A stretch of DNA of 64,000 nt from Candidatus Marinacidobacterales bacterium (lineage in GTDB: Bacteria > Acidobacteriota > Vicinamibacteria > Marinacidobacterales > SMYC01), in contig OZ250169.1 in the NCBI GenBank assembly GCA_965237955.1, forward strand, positions 6,752,001-6,816,000, in the 5' to 3' direction. Positions 19,654 to 30,330 of this stretch are shown piece by piece (within the stretch, counting starts at the first letter, position 1; every line of letters begins with the position of its first letter). The notes under the pieces were generated by a model. The model saw only the letters and a program-made list of their open reading frames with translations, was not told the origin of the DNA and did no database searches. A program made the position numbers and the translations under genes.

Positions 19654-21096
19654 GAGATGCCCCTGAGATAGTTGAAGGTTAGGAGTGGCGGCTCCTAAGG
19701 CCGGGTTCGATAGAATCCGGCTGTGAAGGAAAAAGAAAGGAGCCACCACGATGTCAAATTACCAAATCATCGATGCGAAGAACAGGAAGAAGCTTCGAGA
19801 GATACTGAGCTCGAAGGGGCAAGCTCTGTTGCCGTTCTTGGATGCGATTGAGCGAACCGAGATAGCGATCGACGAAGTGATCGACGTTGCTGGCCGAGCG
19901 ACGATCGAAGCGGTCTTGGATCTGTCAGCCCAAAGTGTGGCTGGGGAGAAACACCCGGGGAAGAAGGGTAGCGATGTTCGCTGGCACGGCCGGCAGGGTG
20001 GCGTAGTAAGCCTTGCGGAGCGGAAGTTGAGAGTGAGCCGGCCACGTCTGCGGCGTAAGGGAAAGGCAGAGGGAGGGGAGGTTGCGATTCCTGCCTACGA
20101 AGCGGTGAACAACTCGTCTCGGCTGAGCCAACGCATCTGGGAAATCCTGATGCTGGGTGTGTCGACGCGCAAGTACGCGTCGGTTCTTCCCGAGATGGCG
20201 GAGACGGTAGGGGTTAGCAAGAGCGAGGTGAGCCGTGAGTTCGTGGAAGCAAGCGCGGAGCAGTTGCAGGGGCTGATGGAGCGTCCGCTGGACGAGCTGG
20301 AGATCGCGGTCGTGTACCTGGACGGGATTCGCTTCGGCGAGCACCACGCGCTGGCGGCAATCGGCGTAGATACAGAGGGATACAAGCATGTTCTGGGGCT
20401 TCGGGATGGAGCATCGGAGAACCAGATAGTGTGCAAGGCGCTGCTGGAGGACCTGGTCGAACGAGGCCTGAGCCCAGAGCGGTGTCGGCTGTTCGTGATC
20501 GATGGCTCCAAGGCGCTACGGGTCGCCGTCGACGCTGTGTTCGGTACCCACAACAAGGTCCAGCGTTGCAGGAAGCACAAGGAGCGCAATGTGCTCGGTT
20601 ATCTGCCGCAGGAGCTGAAGCCGCAAGTGCAAGCGAGCCTGCGTTCGGCCTGGCAGCTCCCAGCAAAGAAGGGCAAAGCGCGGTTGGAGCAACAGGCGAA
20701 GTGGCTCGAGGACGGCTACCCCTCGGCGGCGGAGAGCATCCGGGAGGGGCTCGACGAGATGTTCACCATCAACGAGCTCGACCTCCCCGCATCTCTGAAA
20801 CGCTGCCTTGGATCGACGAACATCATCGAGTCGTGCTTCAGCGGTGCGCGAGGTCGTACCCGTCGCGTCACCCGCTGGCGCAATGGCAAGATGGTTCTGA
20901 GATGGGCCGCTTCGGCTCTGCTCGCCACGGAGAAAAATTTCCGTCGTATCATTGGATACCAATCGCTACCGATCCTCGAAGCGAAGTTAGCGGAGGTCAC
21001 TGAGAATCAAGCGCTCGACAAGCACGCCAAAGTCGGATAAACCATGTGTCAGGAGCCGCCACCACCTCGAACCTTCAACTATGGTGGGGGCACCTC
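19654..21096 (+). mobile_element. IS256 family insertion sequence, no target duplication
   Basis: IRs GAG(A/G)TGCCCC...ATAGTTGAAGGT at both ends; flanks differ. Confidence 0.9.
19751..21040 (+). CDS. IS256 family transposase (intact ORF)
   Basis: GVSTRKY, VYLDG, VIDGSKAL, QRCRKHKERN, STNIIES. Confidence 0.95.
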   Translation: MSNYQIIDAKNRKKLREILSSKGQALLPFLDAIERTEIAIDEVIDVAGRATIEAVLDLSAQSVAGEKHPGKKGSDVRWHGRQGGVVSLAERKLRVSRPRLRRKGKAEGGEVAIPAYEAVNNSSRLSQRIWEILMLGVSTRKYASVLPEMAETVGVSKSEVSREFVEASAEQLQGLMERPLDELEIAVVYLDGIRFGEHHALAAIGVDTEGYKHVLGLRDGASENQIVCKALLEDLVERGLSPERCRLFVIDGSKALRVAVDAVFGTHNKVQRCRKHKERNVLGYLPQELKPQVQASLRSAWQLPAKKGKARLEQQAKWLEDGYPSAAESIREGLDEMFTINELDLPASLKRCLGSTNIIESCFSGARGRTRRVTRWRNGKMVLRWAASALLATEKNFRRIIGYQSLPILEAKLAEVTENQALDKHAKVG

Positions 21097-21299
21097 CTTT
21101 GCCATGTGTAGAACAGGCTCGGCTGGATTTCTGCCTCGTTGCATACCTCCGAGACCGGCTTTTTCTCGGCAACGTGCTGGCGCAACAGCTCTGCCTTTTG
21201 CTCCGCAGTGTGACGACGACGACCTTTGCTCATGACAGCTCCTTTTTCCATGTGCGTATTTTAACTTCAGGACTGTCATGTTCCATCTGAACCGAAACA
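21097..21299 (-). mobile_element. IS3 family left-end remnant with orfA 5' part, truncated by IS256
   Basis: Starts TG (21299); ATG 21233 gives MSKGRRRHTAEQKAELLRQHVAEKKPVSEVCNEAEIQPSLFYTWQ (HTH_Tnp_1 pattern). Confidence 0.8.
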
Positions 21300-21647
21300 A
21301 ATCCAGCCACGGTCCAGGTCCACCTCTTCTGTCCAGACCCGGTCGAAACCGAGCTCCCTGAACTTGGCCTGCGACCAGGCAATAACCCGCTGGTCTCCCT
21401 CTGTTCCCATGCGACGCGGCCCGACCTCCGTGGTCAGCGACTCGACGATGTCGACGGAAAGATTGTCAATAAGCGCGCGTTCGCGAAGCAGCACCGCGGT
21501 GTTCGCGAGCTTGGCCGGAATAATTGAATGATCTACCTTGAGATCGCCGACCGATTCTTGCCCAAGTGCCGTTGCCGCAAGAAGCAAACTACCTACTGCC
21601 AGTAGCGTCGTTGTTTTTGTTCGACTTGCTGTTTTCGTATTATGCAT
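21300..21647 (-). pseudogene. M28 (carboxypeptidase Q-like) peptidase N-terminal fragment, cut by IS3
   Basis: Signal peptide then ESLTTEVGPRRMGTEGDQRVIAWSQAKFRELGFDRVWTEEV. Confidence 0.8.
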
Positions 21648-21732
21648 AGCCTTCCGATCCGTGATTGCCAGTGTGTAAGATGATGCGTCGCATGCGGCGA
21701 TACTACCGCACCACAAAGAGTCTGACCGGAAA

Positions 21733-23117
21733 CTACTTTGCAGCAGCCTCGGGAGTGAGTGTAAAGCCGAGCTTTTCGGCTGCCTTTCGCAAGCCGTTGA
21801 TGTGGTTTCGGCGAAAGCGCTCCTCGAAGGCAGATGCACCGATGTCTGTGTATTCGTGACCATATTTGAGCATGCGGAAGACGAGCTGAGCGAGCTTTCT
21901 TGCGGTGGCAAAGATCGCGGTTTTAGCGTCTTTACGTCGGGCGATGCGGCGATAGTAAGCACCAAGTGCGGTCTTCGAACGGTTGAGTGACAATGCAGCC
22001 ATGCGTAAGGCACCGGCGATACGGTTGGAGCCGGTGCCATTGGGGCGTTTGTAGAGTAGCTTTCCACCCGAGATGGGGCGGCGCGGCGCAAGACGGAGCC
22101 ACGAGACAAAGTGATTTTCACTGGGGAAGGCAGAGAGGTCGAACCCGACCTCGGTGAGTAGGATCGCGGCGGTATCGGGGCTGATGCCGTCGATGCGGGT
22201 GAGATCGCATCCAGCAAAACGCCACAGTTCGGTTCGCTGTTCCTGCTCGCCGCGGCGCCGCATGGCGCTTTGCTTGTTCGGGTTCGGATGAGCGGGCACA
22301 CTGTCGTGTCTGCGCTCGGTCGGCTGAAGCTCGATGACCACTTCACGGATAGACGCTGGTCGTAGAGTTCGATTTCGGCTTGTAGCACATCGTAAAGGCG
22401 CAGCGCCGATGCGAGATTGAAAAGATGCTCGTCACGCCAAGTGCCGGTGAGGTGCTCTGCGATTTCGTCTACGCTTTTCTTGCATCGATGATCTCGAAAC
22501 TCGGCGAGCTTCATCGGGTCACGTTCGCCAGAAACGATGGCACGAACGATGAGCATTCCGGTCTTACCGGTAATGTCGGTCACCGCACGGTGGACTTGCA
22601 CGTTCATCTGGTCCAGAGCCTTCTGCATCCATTGGACGGCTTGGCCCCGATGCTCGATTAGTTCTTGACGCTGCCGGTGCATCGAGCGTAATCGGCAAAT
22701 CGACTCCCCCGGGCGAAACGAGCCACGCAGAAGTCCGCAGCTGTGTAACGTCTGCAGCCATTGACAATCTTGCATATCGGTTTTGCGACCCGGAACGTTC
22801 TTCAGCTGCCGAGCGTTGACAAGAACGACCTCGATACCACGGGATTCGAGCAACTCATAAACCGGAATCCAATAGACGTGGGTGCTTTCCATCGCCACCG
22901 ACTCCACACCTTGCTCGATAAGCCAATCCGCAAGCTCAACCAGCGCCGGCGTTGTCGTGGAAAACACCCGCACGTTCGGCCGACCATCAGCTAGCTGCGG
23001 ACCGCAGACCCAATGCTCTCGACTCCCGAGATCGATGCCCGCTACCATCGGTCGTATCGACGGCAGGGAATTCCGTGAGAGACGCTTCGCCGCTTTGCTC
23101 TTCCTTCGTTTGTTCAT
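21733..23117 (-). pseudogene. IS110 recombinase (DEDD + Tnp20), frameshift near 22345
   Basis: AGIDLG, VAMESTHVYW, RKTDMQDCQW, IDGIS, WLRLAP..ISGGK, ATARKLA. Confidence 0.92.
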
Positions 23118-23368
23118 TCGCTCACCTCAAGTGTATTTTGTGAGCGAAGGCTCCGGCCCGAGATGGCGATCGAATGGATTCTGACCGTGGGGAGTGCTTT
23201 CGTGGAAGCCTCGCCAATGATAGGGAGCCGGCTCGGACCCAAGCTGACCCTGGGGCATCATGCACCAATGACAGTACGGGGCTCGCTGCCGGAGCCTTCA
23301 CCGACAACCTTTCTACCAGCTTTGGTAGTTTCCTACTTGATAGGCCCGGCCTCCGGCCGGGGGCGTAG
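23118..23368 (-). ncRNA. Putative IS110 bridge RNA
   Basis: 250-nt non-coding arm; 12-bp stem 23146-23157/23288-23299 encloses GGGTCAG (target match) and CGGTCAG (donor match). Confidence 0.7.
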
Positions 23369-23449
23369 CTGACCCGAAAGTAAAATCCACCCCGAATGAC
23401 CGGCAGGGTAATATTGACGTCATGCAATTTGTAAGAATTGGAGGAAGCT

Positions 23450-24562
23450 TTGCGAATTCTGTACGGCGTCGGCGGCGAAGGGATGGGGCACGCGACGCGG
23501 AGTGCCGTCGTCCTGTCGCACCTGGTTGCGGCCGGGCACGAGATCCGAGTCGTCGTGTCTGGTCGAGCGCACGTCTTTCTCGAGGAAGGGTTTCGCAAAA
23601 AGAAATCGCTCACCGTCGAAGAGATTGACGGGCTCACGCTTCGCTACTTCGGCAACCGCCTCGACCGCGCCGGGAGCTTGTTCTGGAACCTTCGCTCCGC
23701 TCCCAAATCAGTCCGCAAGAACATCAAGGTCTACCGGAGAGTCGCGGAGGATGGATTCCGACCCGAGCTCGTCATGAGCGACTTCGAAGCCTTGGCGGCG
23801 CTGTACGCGCTCCGGCACGGCTTACCCGTCGTCAGTATCGACAACATGCAGATCATCAATCGCTGCAAGCATCCCAAGGCAGTCAAAAAAGGCAAGGGCT
23901 TCGATTTCCGACTCGTCCGCCTCGCGGTCAAGGCCAAGGTCCCGCACGCTTACCACTATCTGATCTCGAGTTTCTTCTACCCGCCCGTACAACGGAAGTT
24001 CACGACGCTCGTACCCCCCATCCTGCGCGACGAAGTCTTGACCGTAAAGCGGGAGCCGCAGGATCACGTTGTCGTGTATCAGAGGGCCGTAAGCCAGAAA
24101 GTACTCGTCGGGATACTGAAGAGACTTCCCTACCCGTTTCGCGTCTACGGCGCCGACGCGGACGGCAAGGAAAACAACGTCACTTTGCGAGCGTTTTCGG
24201 GCTCGGGTTTTCTCGAAGACCTTCGCACCGCCCGGGCCGTCGTCGCCGGCGGCGGTTTCTCGCTCATGAGCGAGGCGGTGAGTTTGCGCATTCCCATGCT
24301 CGCGGTCCCCATCGAGCACCAATACGAGCAGGAGCTCAACGCCCGTTATCTGCAACACCTCAACTACGGACGCTGGTCGCGAAAGCTGACCGCCGGGGCC
24401 ATCGACGATTTCATCAAGGAGACGGATGCGTGCGCTGAAGCGCTCGAAGACTACGAGCCCCAGGACAACAGCCGGTTGTTCGCATGCCTCGACGAGATCA
24501 TCGAGTGCGTCGTCAAAGGGCAAAAAAGACCGCAGAGGCTCGCGGCCGGGGCTTCGGCGTGA
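23450..24562 (+). CDS. MJ1255/VC2487-type GT-B glycosyltransferase
   Basis: ILYGVGGEGMGHATRS, SDFE, SIDNM, GGGFSLMSEA, QYEQELNA. Confidence 0.88.
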   Translation: MRILYGVGGEGMGHATRSAVVLSHLVAAGHEIRVVVSGRAHVFLEEGFRKKKSLTVEEIDGLTLRYFGNRLDRAGSLFWNLRSAPKSVRKNIKVYRRVAEDGFRPELVMSDFEALAALYALRHGLPVVSIDNMQIINRCKHPKAVKKGKGFDFRLVRLAVKAKVPHAYHYLISSFFYPPVQRKFTTLVPPILRDEVLTVKREPQDHVVVYQRAVSQKVLVGILKRLPYPFRVYGADADGKENNVTLRAFSGSGFLEDLRTARAVVAGGGFSLMSEAVSLRIPMLAVPIEHQYEQELNARYLQHLNYGRWSRKLTAGAIDDFIKETDACAEALEDYEPQDNSRLFACLDEIIECVVKGQKRPQRLAAGASA

Positions 24563-24761
24563 ATCTTCTTTTTGTCTTGTTTATCCTCATCGCCGCGTTT
24601 GTCTTCGCGAAGCTCGAGATCAATCCGAACCGGTCTTTGTAGTCGTCTGCAACCAAGCTTCGGCGCGCGACTCACCCCGGAATCCGCATGTGGAGGAGTT
24701 AACAGCAGGCGCGTTCGTGGTTGGAAGTGATGCCAGACGAGATCGCGTGGCCCTAGAGCTC

Positions 24762-25619
24762 CTACGACGCCGCAGCGAGAGCATCGCGCTCCGACGCATC
24801 CTCGATCGCAATCTCGAGCTCGGCTAGCTGAAGCTCGCCGAGCCCTAACGTCTGAGCCTCCGGAAGCGCCGGAAGGACCACGGTGGGATCGGCGTGCATG
24901 CTGATGCCGAGCTTGTCACAGGCAGCGTCCGCGAGACGAACGATGACGAGCACGTGCTTTCCCGGATCGTACTCCCTCTGGTGATGCTCGAGCGCGACGT
25001 TACAGTAGGTTTCGGGGAGGTTCCACCCGGTGAGGAGATGATGCCCCTGTTCGGCGTGCATCGCCTCGAGGGTCTCCAACACCAGCGCGTCGGAGGCTCC
25101 GAGCTGGACCCGCCCGGACGCGTCCAATTCTTCCAGCACCTTCAGCAAGAACAGCTCGCCGATATCGTGCAACAGGCCCGCAAGATAGGCTTCGGACTCG
25201 AGGGCCTCGAAGCCGGCCTTCTGCGCGATCCACTCCGATGCTGATGCAGTACAAATCGCGTGCTTCCAGAGCGTTTTCATGTGCACCGCGACGACCGGGT
25301 GCTTGGAATGATAGTTTTGCTCTTGAGTGACGAGCAGCACTAAGAACGATACCTTCTTCGTCCCCAAGCGCGTAATGGCCTCCTTCACCGTCCGGACTTT
25401 TCTGAGGCCCGAGAAGAACGCGGAGTTGGCGACTCTGAGCAGCTGACTCGTTAGGGCTTGGTCTTCCTGAATGACGGCGGCGACGTCATCCGTATCGAAA
25501 CTCTCGCTAGCCAGCATCTCTCGGAGCTCCATGCACTTAGGATTGAGCACCGGAAGTTCGACGTCACCCTTGTTCAACTTGTCCTGGACGATCTCGAGCA
25601 ACGAATCCGTGTCTTTCAC
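24762..25619 (-). CDS. HDOD domain protein
   Basis: LPVLN, DQALTSQLLRVANSAFF, LWKHA, LAGLLHDIG, WNLP. Confidence 0.92.
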   Translation of the reverse strand: MKDTDSLLEIVQDKLNKGDVELPVLNPKCMELREMLASESFDTDDVAAVIQEDQALTSQLLRVANSAFFSGLRKVRTVKEAITRLGTKKVSFLVLLVTQEQNYHSKHPVVAVHMKTLWKHAICTASASEWIAQKAGFEALESEAYLAGLLHDIGELFLLKVLEELDASGRVQLGASDALVLETLEAMHAEQGHHLLTGWNLPETYCNVALEHHQREYDPGKHVLVIVRLADAACDKLGISMHADPTVVLPALPEAQTLGLGELQLAELEIAIEDASERDALAAAS

Positions 25620-25621
25620 AA

Positions 25622-27562
25622 TCAATCTCCCAACAATCGACGTATCTCGTGAAGCGGCCTGGCCTTCTGAATCCGCGGTAAGCGGTGCAGCACCTCCTGG
25701 ATCGAAGTGACTCCCTTTGCCGCCTTGAGGGCTCCATCCTCTAGAAGCGTTACCAGTCCTGACGTTTCCATGCTGATGCGTCGGATCTCGTGCGACGTCT
25801 TTCGCTCCAGGATTGCCTCCTTGACCGGTTCCTCGAGCACGAGCAGCTCGAAGACGCCGGCGCGACCACGATAGCCAGTAAAACGACAAGCCTTACAGCC
25901 GCGGCCGCGGCGGAACTCGGCCCCTTTTCCCTGGTCGACGTTCCAGCCGATTCGGTGGAGATCGCGTGGAGTCACTTGATACGGTTCTGCACAGTGCTCG
26001 CAGACTTTGCGGAGAAGCCGCTGCGCCACGACACAAACCACCGTCGAAGAGATGAGGAAAGCCTCGATGTTCATATTGAGGAGCCGCAGCAGTCCCCCGA
26101 TGCTGTCCTCGGTATGGAAGGTCGTCAAAACCTTGTGGCCGGTCAACGCAGCTTGGATGGCCGTGTCCGCGGAGAAACGGTCGCGTATCTCGCCGAGCAC
26201 GATAATGTCCGGATCCTGACGCACGATGTGGCGTAGCGTTTCCTCGAACGTGAGGTTGATCTTCGGGTTGATGGAGCACTGCGAGATCCCCTCGACCACA
26301 TACTCGACTGGATCCTCCGCGGTGATGATGCTAATGTCGATTTCGTTCAAGTGGTTGACAGCGCTGTAAAGCGTCGTCGTTTTTCCCGAGCCCGTGGGTC
26401 CAGTGACGATGAGAACACCGCTCGGTATATCTAACGCGTCATCCCGGAATCGCTCGAGCATTTTCGGCGCCATCCCGAGGTTGCCGAGATCGACGAGCGC
26501 GGCGCGCTTGTTCAAGACCCGAATGACGATCTTCTCGCCGAAGACGGTGGCGTAGATCGACACGCGCAGATCGACGGGAGGCCCGGTGCCCACATTCTCA
26601 TAAAGGATGCGCCCGTCCTGGTGCCTGCGCTTTTCCGCGATGTCGGCCCCGGAGAGAATCTTGATGCGCGCGGCGACGTAAGGCGCAAGACTGCTCGAGA
26701 AATCCTTGTAAACCATGAGCACGCCGTCCACGCAAAACCGTACACGCAAACGATCCTTCATCGGCTCGATGTGGATGTCACTCACACCATCATCGAGGGC
26801 AGAGCCGATAATGGCGTGGACGACGCCGACGGCGGTATCGTCGTCCACCCCGGCGCGTTCCCCGCGAAGCGCCCCGCCCTCGATGAGACTCAACGCCTCG
26901 AGGAGTGAACTCTTCGTCGTGACCGCGGGAACCAGATCGTCCCCGAACAGACTCCGGGCCGCCGCCCGGTCGGAAGCCTCCAGGGGATCGGCAAACGCAA
27001 CCACCACCTTGTCGTTCTCTCTCGAGATGGGCACGAAGTGGTGCTTCCGGTAAAAGTTGACCGAGGCCTCACTTACCAGGCTCCGGTCTAGCTCCTCGAC
27101 GCTCGCCTCGATGTGGCGATGACCCAGCTGAAAGGAAAGCACCTCCGCGAGACGGGTGTCCTCCACGAAGTGCTCGTCGATGAGGATTTCGCCCAGCTTG
27201 CGCCCATCGCCCCGCTCTCTCTGGATTCCGAGAGCAGCTTCGAGCTCCGAAGGGCGGAGATTGCCCAGCTCGACCAGGAGTGCTCCGACCCGGACGGGTC
27301 TCGAGCTTTCACGTAGCGCCTTCTGGAGGTCGTCTTTGGTGACAAAGCCGAGCTCTTCCAGCACTTGCAGGAGCGTTTTTTCGCTGACGAGCTTCTCGCG
27401 AACCCGGCGGGCATGTCGGAGCCGTTGCTCGGTGAGCACGCCGCCTTCGACCAGGATCGTCGCGATCTGCTCTCCGGGGTCTGGGTCGCGCGCGCGAGCC
27501 TCGGCGTTTGCCTCGGCAGCGGGCGTGTTGGACAGGGCAGTAGCCTCTTCGGCGGACGACAT
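25622..27562 (-). CDS. GspE/PilB-family secretion ATPase with N-terminal MshEN repeats
   Basis: SDIHIEP, TGPTGSGKTTTLY, EDPVEY, RQDPDIIVLGEIRD, CxxC pair; RVGALLVELG and KLGEILI motifs. Confidence 0.93.
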   Translation of the reverse strand: MSSAEEATALSNTPAAEANAEARARDPDPGEQIATILVEGGVLTEQRLRHARRVREKLVSEKTLLQVLEELGFVTKDDLQKALRESSRPVRVGALLVELGNLRPSELEAALGIQRERGDGRKLGEILIDEHFVEDTRLAEVLSFQLGHRHIEASVEELDRSLVSEASVNFYRKHHFVPISRENDKVVVAFADPLEASDRAAARSLFGDDLVPAVTTKSSLLEALSLIEGGALRGERAGVDDDTAVGVVHAIIGSALDDGVSDIHIEPMKDRLRVRFCVDGVLMVYKDFSSSLAPYVAARIKILSGADIAEKRRHQDGRILYENVGTGPPVDLRVSIYATVFGEKIVIRVLNKRAALVDLGNLGMAPKMLERFRDDALDIPSGVLIVTGPTGSGKTTTLYSAVNHLNEIDISIITAEDPVEYVVEGISQCSINPKINLTFEETLRHIVRQDPDIIVLGEIRDRFSADTAIQAALTGHKVLTTFHTEDSIGGLLRLLNMNIEAFLISSTVVCVVAQRLLRKVCEHCAEPYQVTPRDLHRIGWNVDQGKGAEFRRGRGCKACRFTGYRGRAGVFELLVLEEPVKEAILERKTSHEIRRISMETSGLVTLLEDGALKAAKGVTSIQEVLHRLPRIQKARPLHEIRRLLGD

Positions 27563-27603
27563 AGTGCCTTCCGATAAGCCATCGGCCGGAAAGAGGGGAA
27601 ACT

Positions 27604-30130
27604 TTAGCTCTCGATGGGTTCGGGACCCACGCACCCACGATCGTCTGCCGCAGCCAGGTTGCCATCGAGCACTTCGCGCACTTTCGTCGCCAGGGACTGT
27701 GGGGTGAACGGCTTGCGTATCAGCTGGGCATCCGATCGCAGCACGCCACGACTCGAGATCAACGTGTCGCTATAGCCCGACATGAACAAGATCCTGGTCT
27801 CGGGAGAGCGCTCGACTAATTTGCCCGCAAGCTCTTGACCATTCATCTTGGGCATGACGACGTCGGTCATCAACAAGTCGATCGGTAGGTTCTTGTGCTC
27901 GACGAGCTCGAGCGCTTCGACACCGTCTTTGGCAACGATCACATCGTATCCGCGCGCCGACAACACCTCACTAGACAAGCTCCGTACGCCGCAGTCGTCT
28001 TCAACGACGAGCACCGTCTCAGTGCCGTTGGTGACGGTAGTATCCCGGTCCTCGAGCTCGGTCGGTTCCTCATCCACGATCGGAAAATACATCCGGAACG
28101 TCGTACCCTGGCCGGGGTGACTGGCAACGTGAATGTATCCACCGCTTTGTTTGACGATCCCGTAGACCGTCGCCAGACCCAGCCCAGTGCCTTGGCCGAG
28201 CTCTTTGGTTGTGAAAAAAGGGTCGAAGATGTGAGAAAGGACGTTCTCATCCATTCCCGCACCGGTGTCCGCAACTTCGATGCGAACGTAGGAACCATCC
28301 GGTAGACTCGCATGGTCTCTGGCTGCGGCGTTCGCGGTCACGGTTTCCGTCCCGAGACAGAGCACGCCGCCCCTCGGCATCGCGTCGCTTGCGTTGATCA
28401 CAAGATTCATCACCACCTGTTCGATCTGGCCAGGGTCTGCAAGCACGTGTCCCGGCTCTCCAGGCGGCCGGGTCACGAACTGTATGTCTTCTCCAATCAG
28501 TCGGGACAGCATCGAGTGCATGTTGTGCACCAACGCGTTCACGTCCAAAACCTTTGGCTGAAGGACTTGGCGCCGACTGAACGCCAGAAGCTGCTGCGTC
28601 AAGGCTGAAGCTCGTTTCGAGGCAGATTCGACCTCTTCGAGTTTCTCGCGATCCTCCTCGTTCGGCTCACCTTCGGTGAGCACTAGCTGGGTGTAGCCGC
28701 CGATGATCGTCAACATGTTGTTGAAATCGTGTGCCACTCCCCCGGCCAGAAGTCCGACCGCCTCCATCTTCTGAGCCTGACGTAGTTGGAGCTCACTTCG
28801 ACTCAGCGCTTCTTCGGCTGCGTGGCGTTCGGTGATGTCTCGGGCTACGACGGCAATCGACAGCGGTGCGCCCGTTTGATCGTGGCGAACAATGAAGCTA
28901 TTGATATCCACCGGAATCGTGGTGCCGGTGCCGAAATGACGGAAGCGATACTCCCCGCTCCAGTGTCCTTCCGTCCACAGCGCGTGAAAAATACGCTGGT
29001 CGAGCTCTTTGCGATCAGCCTCGAGGACGTAGTCCGCGATGACCGTGTTCCGAGCGTGATCGAGTCCATCGAGCCCGACGATCGCGAGACCACAATCGTT
29101 CACGTACACCACTTTGCCGCCCAAATCCGCAAGCAAGATGAAGTCCGTGCTGTTGCCGACGAGTGCTGCCAGCCTCGCGTGCTCCGCGTCCGCTCTCCTC
29201 TCTGCAGTGATATCGGAGCTGTTGACCGTGAATCCGACGATCTCCTCTTTCATGTAAACCGGCCCCACACGCGATTCGAAGTACGCCTCTTCGCCGATCT
29301 TCGATTTGTACACGACATCGTAGCGTCCCTGACGGCCCGTCTCGAGTACGCCTCGGAAACATGCTTTGATTTCGTCGTGGAAACCGGGAGGAGCGAAATC
29401 GTAGACGGTTTTTCCTAGGACTTCCTCGAGGCTCAGGTCGGGGACAGTTCGATTGATGAACACGATGGTACCGTCGCGGTCCAGCCGCGTGATGTAGTCG
29501 GGAGAGCTATCGGTGACCGAGCGGAGAAGCTCTTCGGAGTCGCGGAGAGCCAGCTCCGTGTTCTCTACCCGTGCGATCTCTTTTTTAAGCGATCTTTTCC
29601 CGCTCCCGCGCCAGCGTCAGTGCCTGTTCGATGTTTCTCTCATAGAAGTGCATCACCATCGAGGCCCAGGCGAACAGTGCCGCTAGCGTCCCGAACGCGG
29701 CAATCGGCGTCGTCAAATCATCGCCGATGGGAAGGTTACCCGAGAGCTCGAGGCTCGTCGCCGCGAGACCGACGAACACGCTGGCCGCTGTAACCAGCAC
29801 CGAGGCGCGCGTGCCGAGCAGAAGCGAGGCGAGTAGAACAACGATGATGTAGCCCGAGGCGGCAGGCGTCGCGATGCCGCCATGAACCATCACCGTGACC
29901 GTGATGACACTCCAAAGCAGTACGCACAGAAGCCAACTCGCGGCACGCACCGCCCCCCGGTGCGCTTCGGTCCGAATCAGCAACAAGGAGCCGAGGACGG
30001 CCGCAACCGTCAGAATGCTTCGGAGCTCCAGGTCGCGCCCATACAGCGTAAACGTGCTCGCGACGGTCACACTGGCAAACGTCGCCCAGAAGGCGATGTC
30101 CAAAACCCGGAGTTTCTGGTTGAGAGGCAC
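27604..30130 (-). pseudogene. 5TM-PAS-PAS hybrid histidine kinase (CckA-like), frameshift near 29585
   Basis: QAQKMEAVGLLAGGVAHDFNN, FFTTKELGQGTGLGL, C-terminal receiver; TM domain ORF 29585-30130 joins by a 1-base shift in an A-run. Confidence 0.85.
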
Positions 30131-30267
30131 CTACGGTCCCGATACGATGCAGCTAAGCTGATTTTGTAAGAATCGACAAAGTCAGAATAGCAACTGTGCT
30201 CCCAGGACACAAGCTCTATTCGAGCGTGTGCTGCGGCACACCTAGCATCTGCCCGGACCTGTGTGAA

Positions 30268-30330
30268 CCCCTCCCGCCTTCGCTACTAGCTTCGGTGGGT
30301 CCGCCGCAGCCTGTGGCGAAGGGGGAGGGG
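30268..30330. repeat. REP-like palindromic element
   Basis: CCCCTCCCGCCTTCGC...GCGAAGGGGGAGGGG stem. Confidence 0.55.

Larger units (their letters stand above)
21722..23368 (-). mobile_element. IS110 family element
   Basis: Shared motif GGTCAG at both boundaries (minus strand TTTCGGGTCAG|CTACG and TTTCCGGTCAG|ACTC); no terminal IRs. Confidence 0.8.

Noticed and set aside
21276-23117. 613-aa IS110-peptidase fusion protein
   Set aside because: Product of the frameshift near 22345 reading off-frame into the separate M28 fragment
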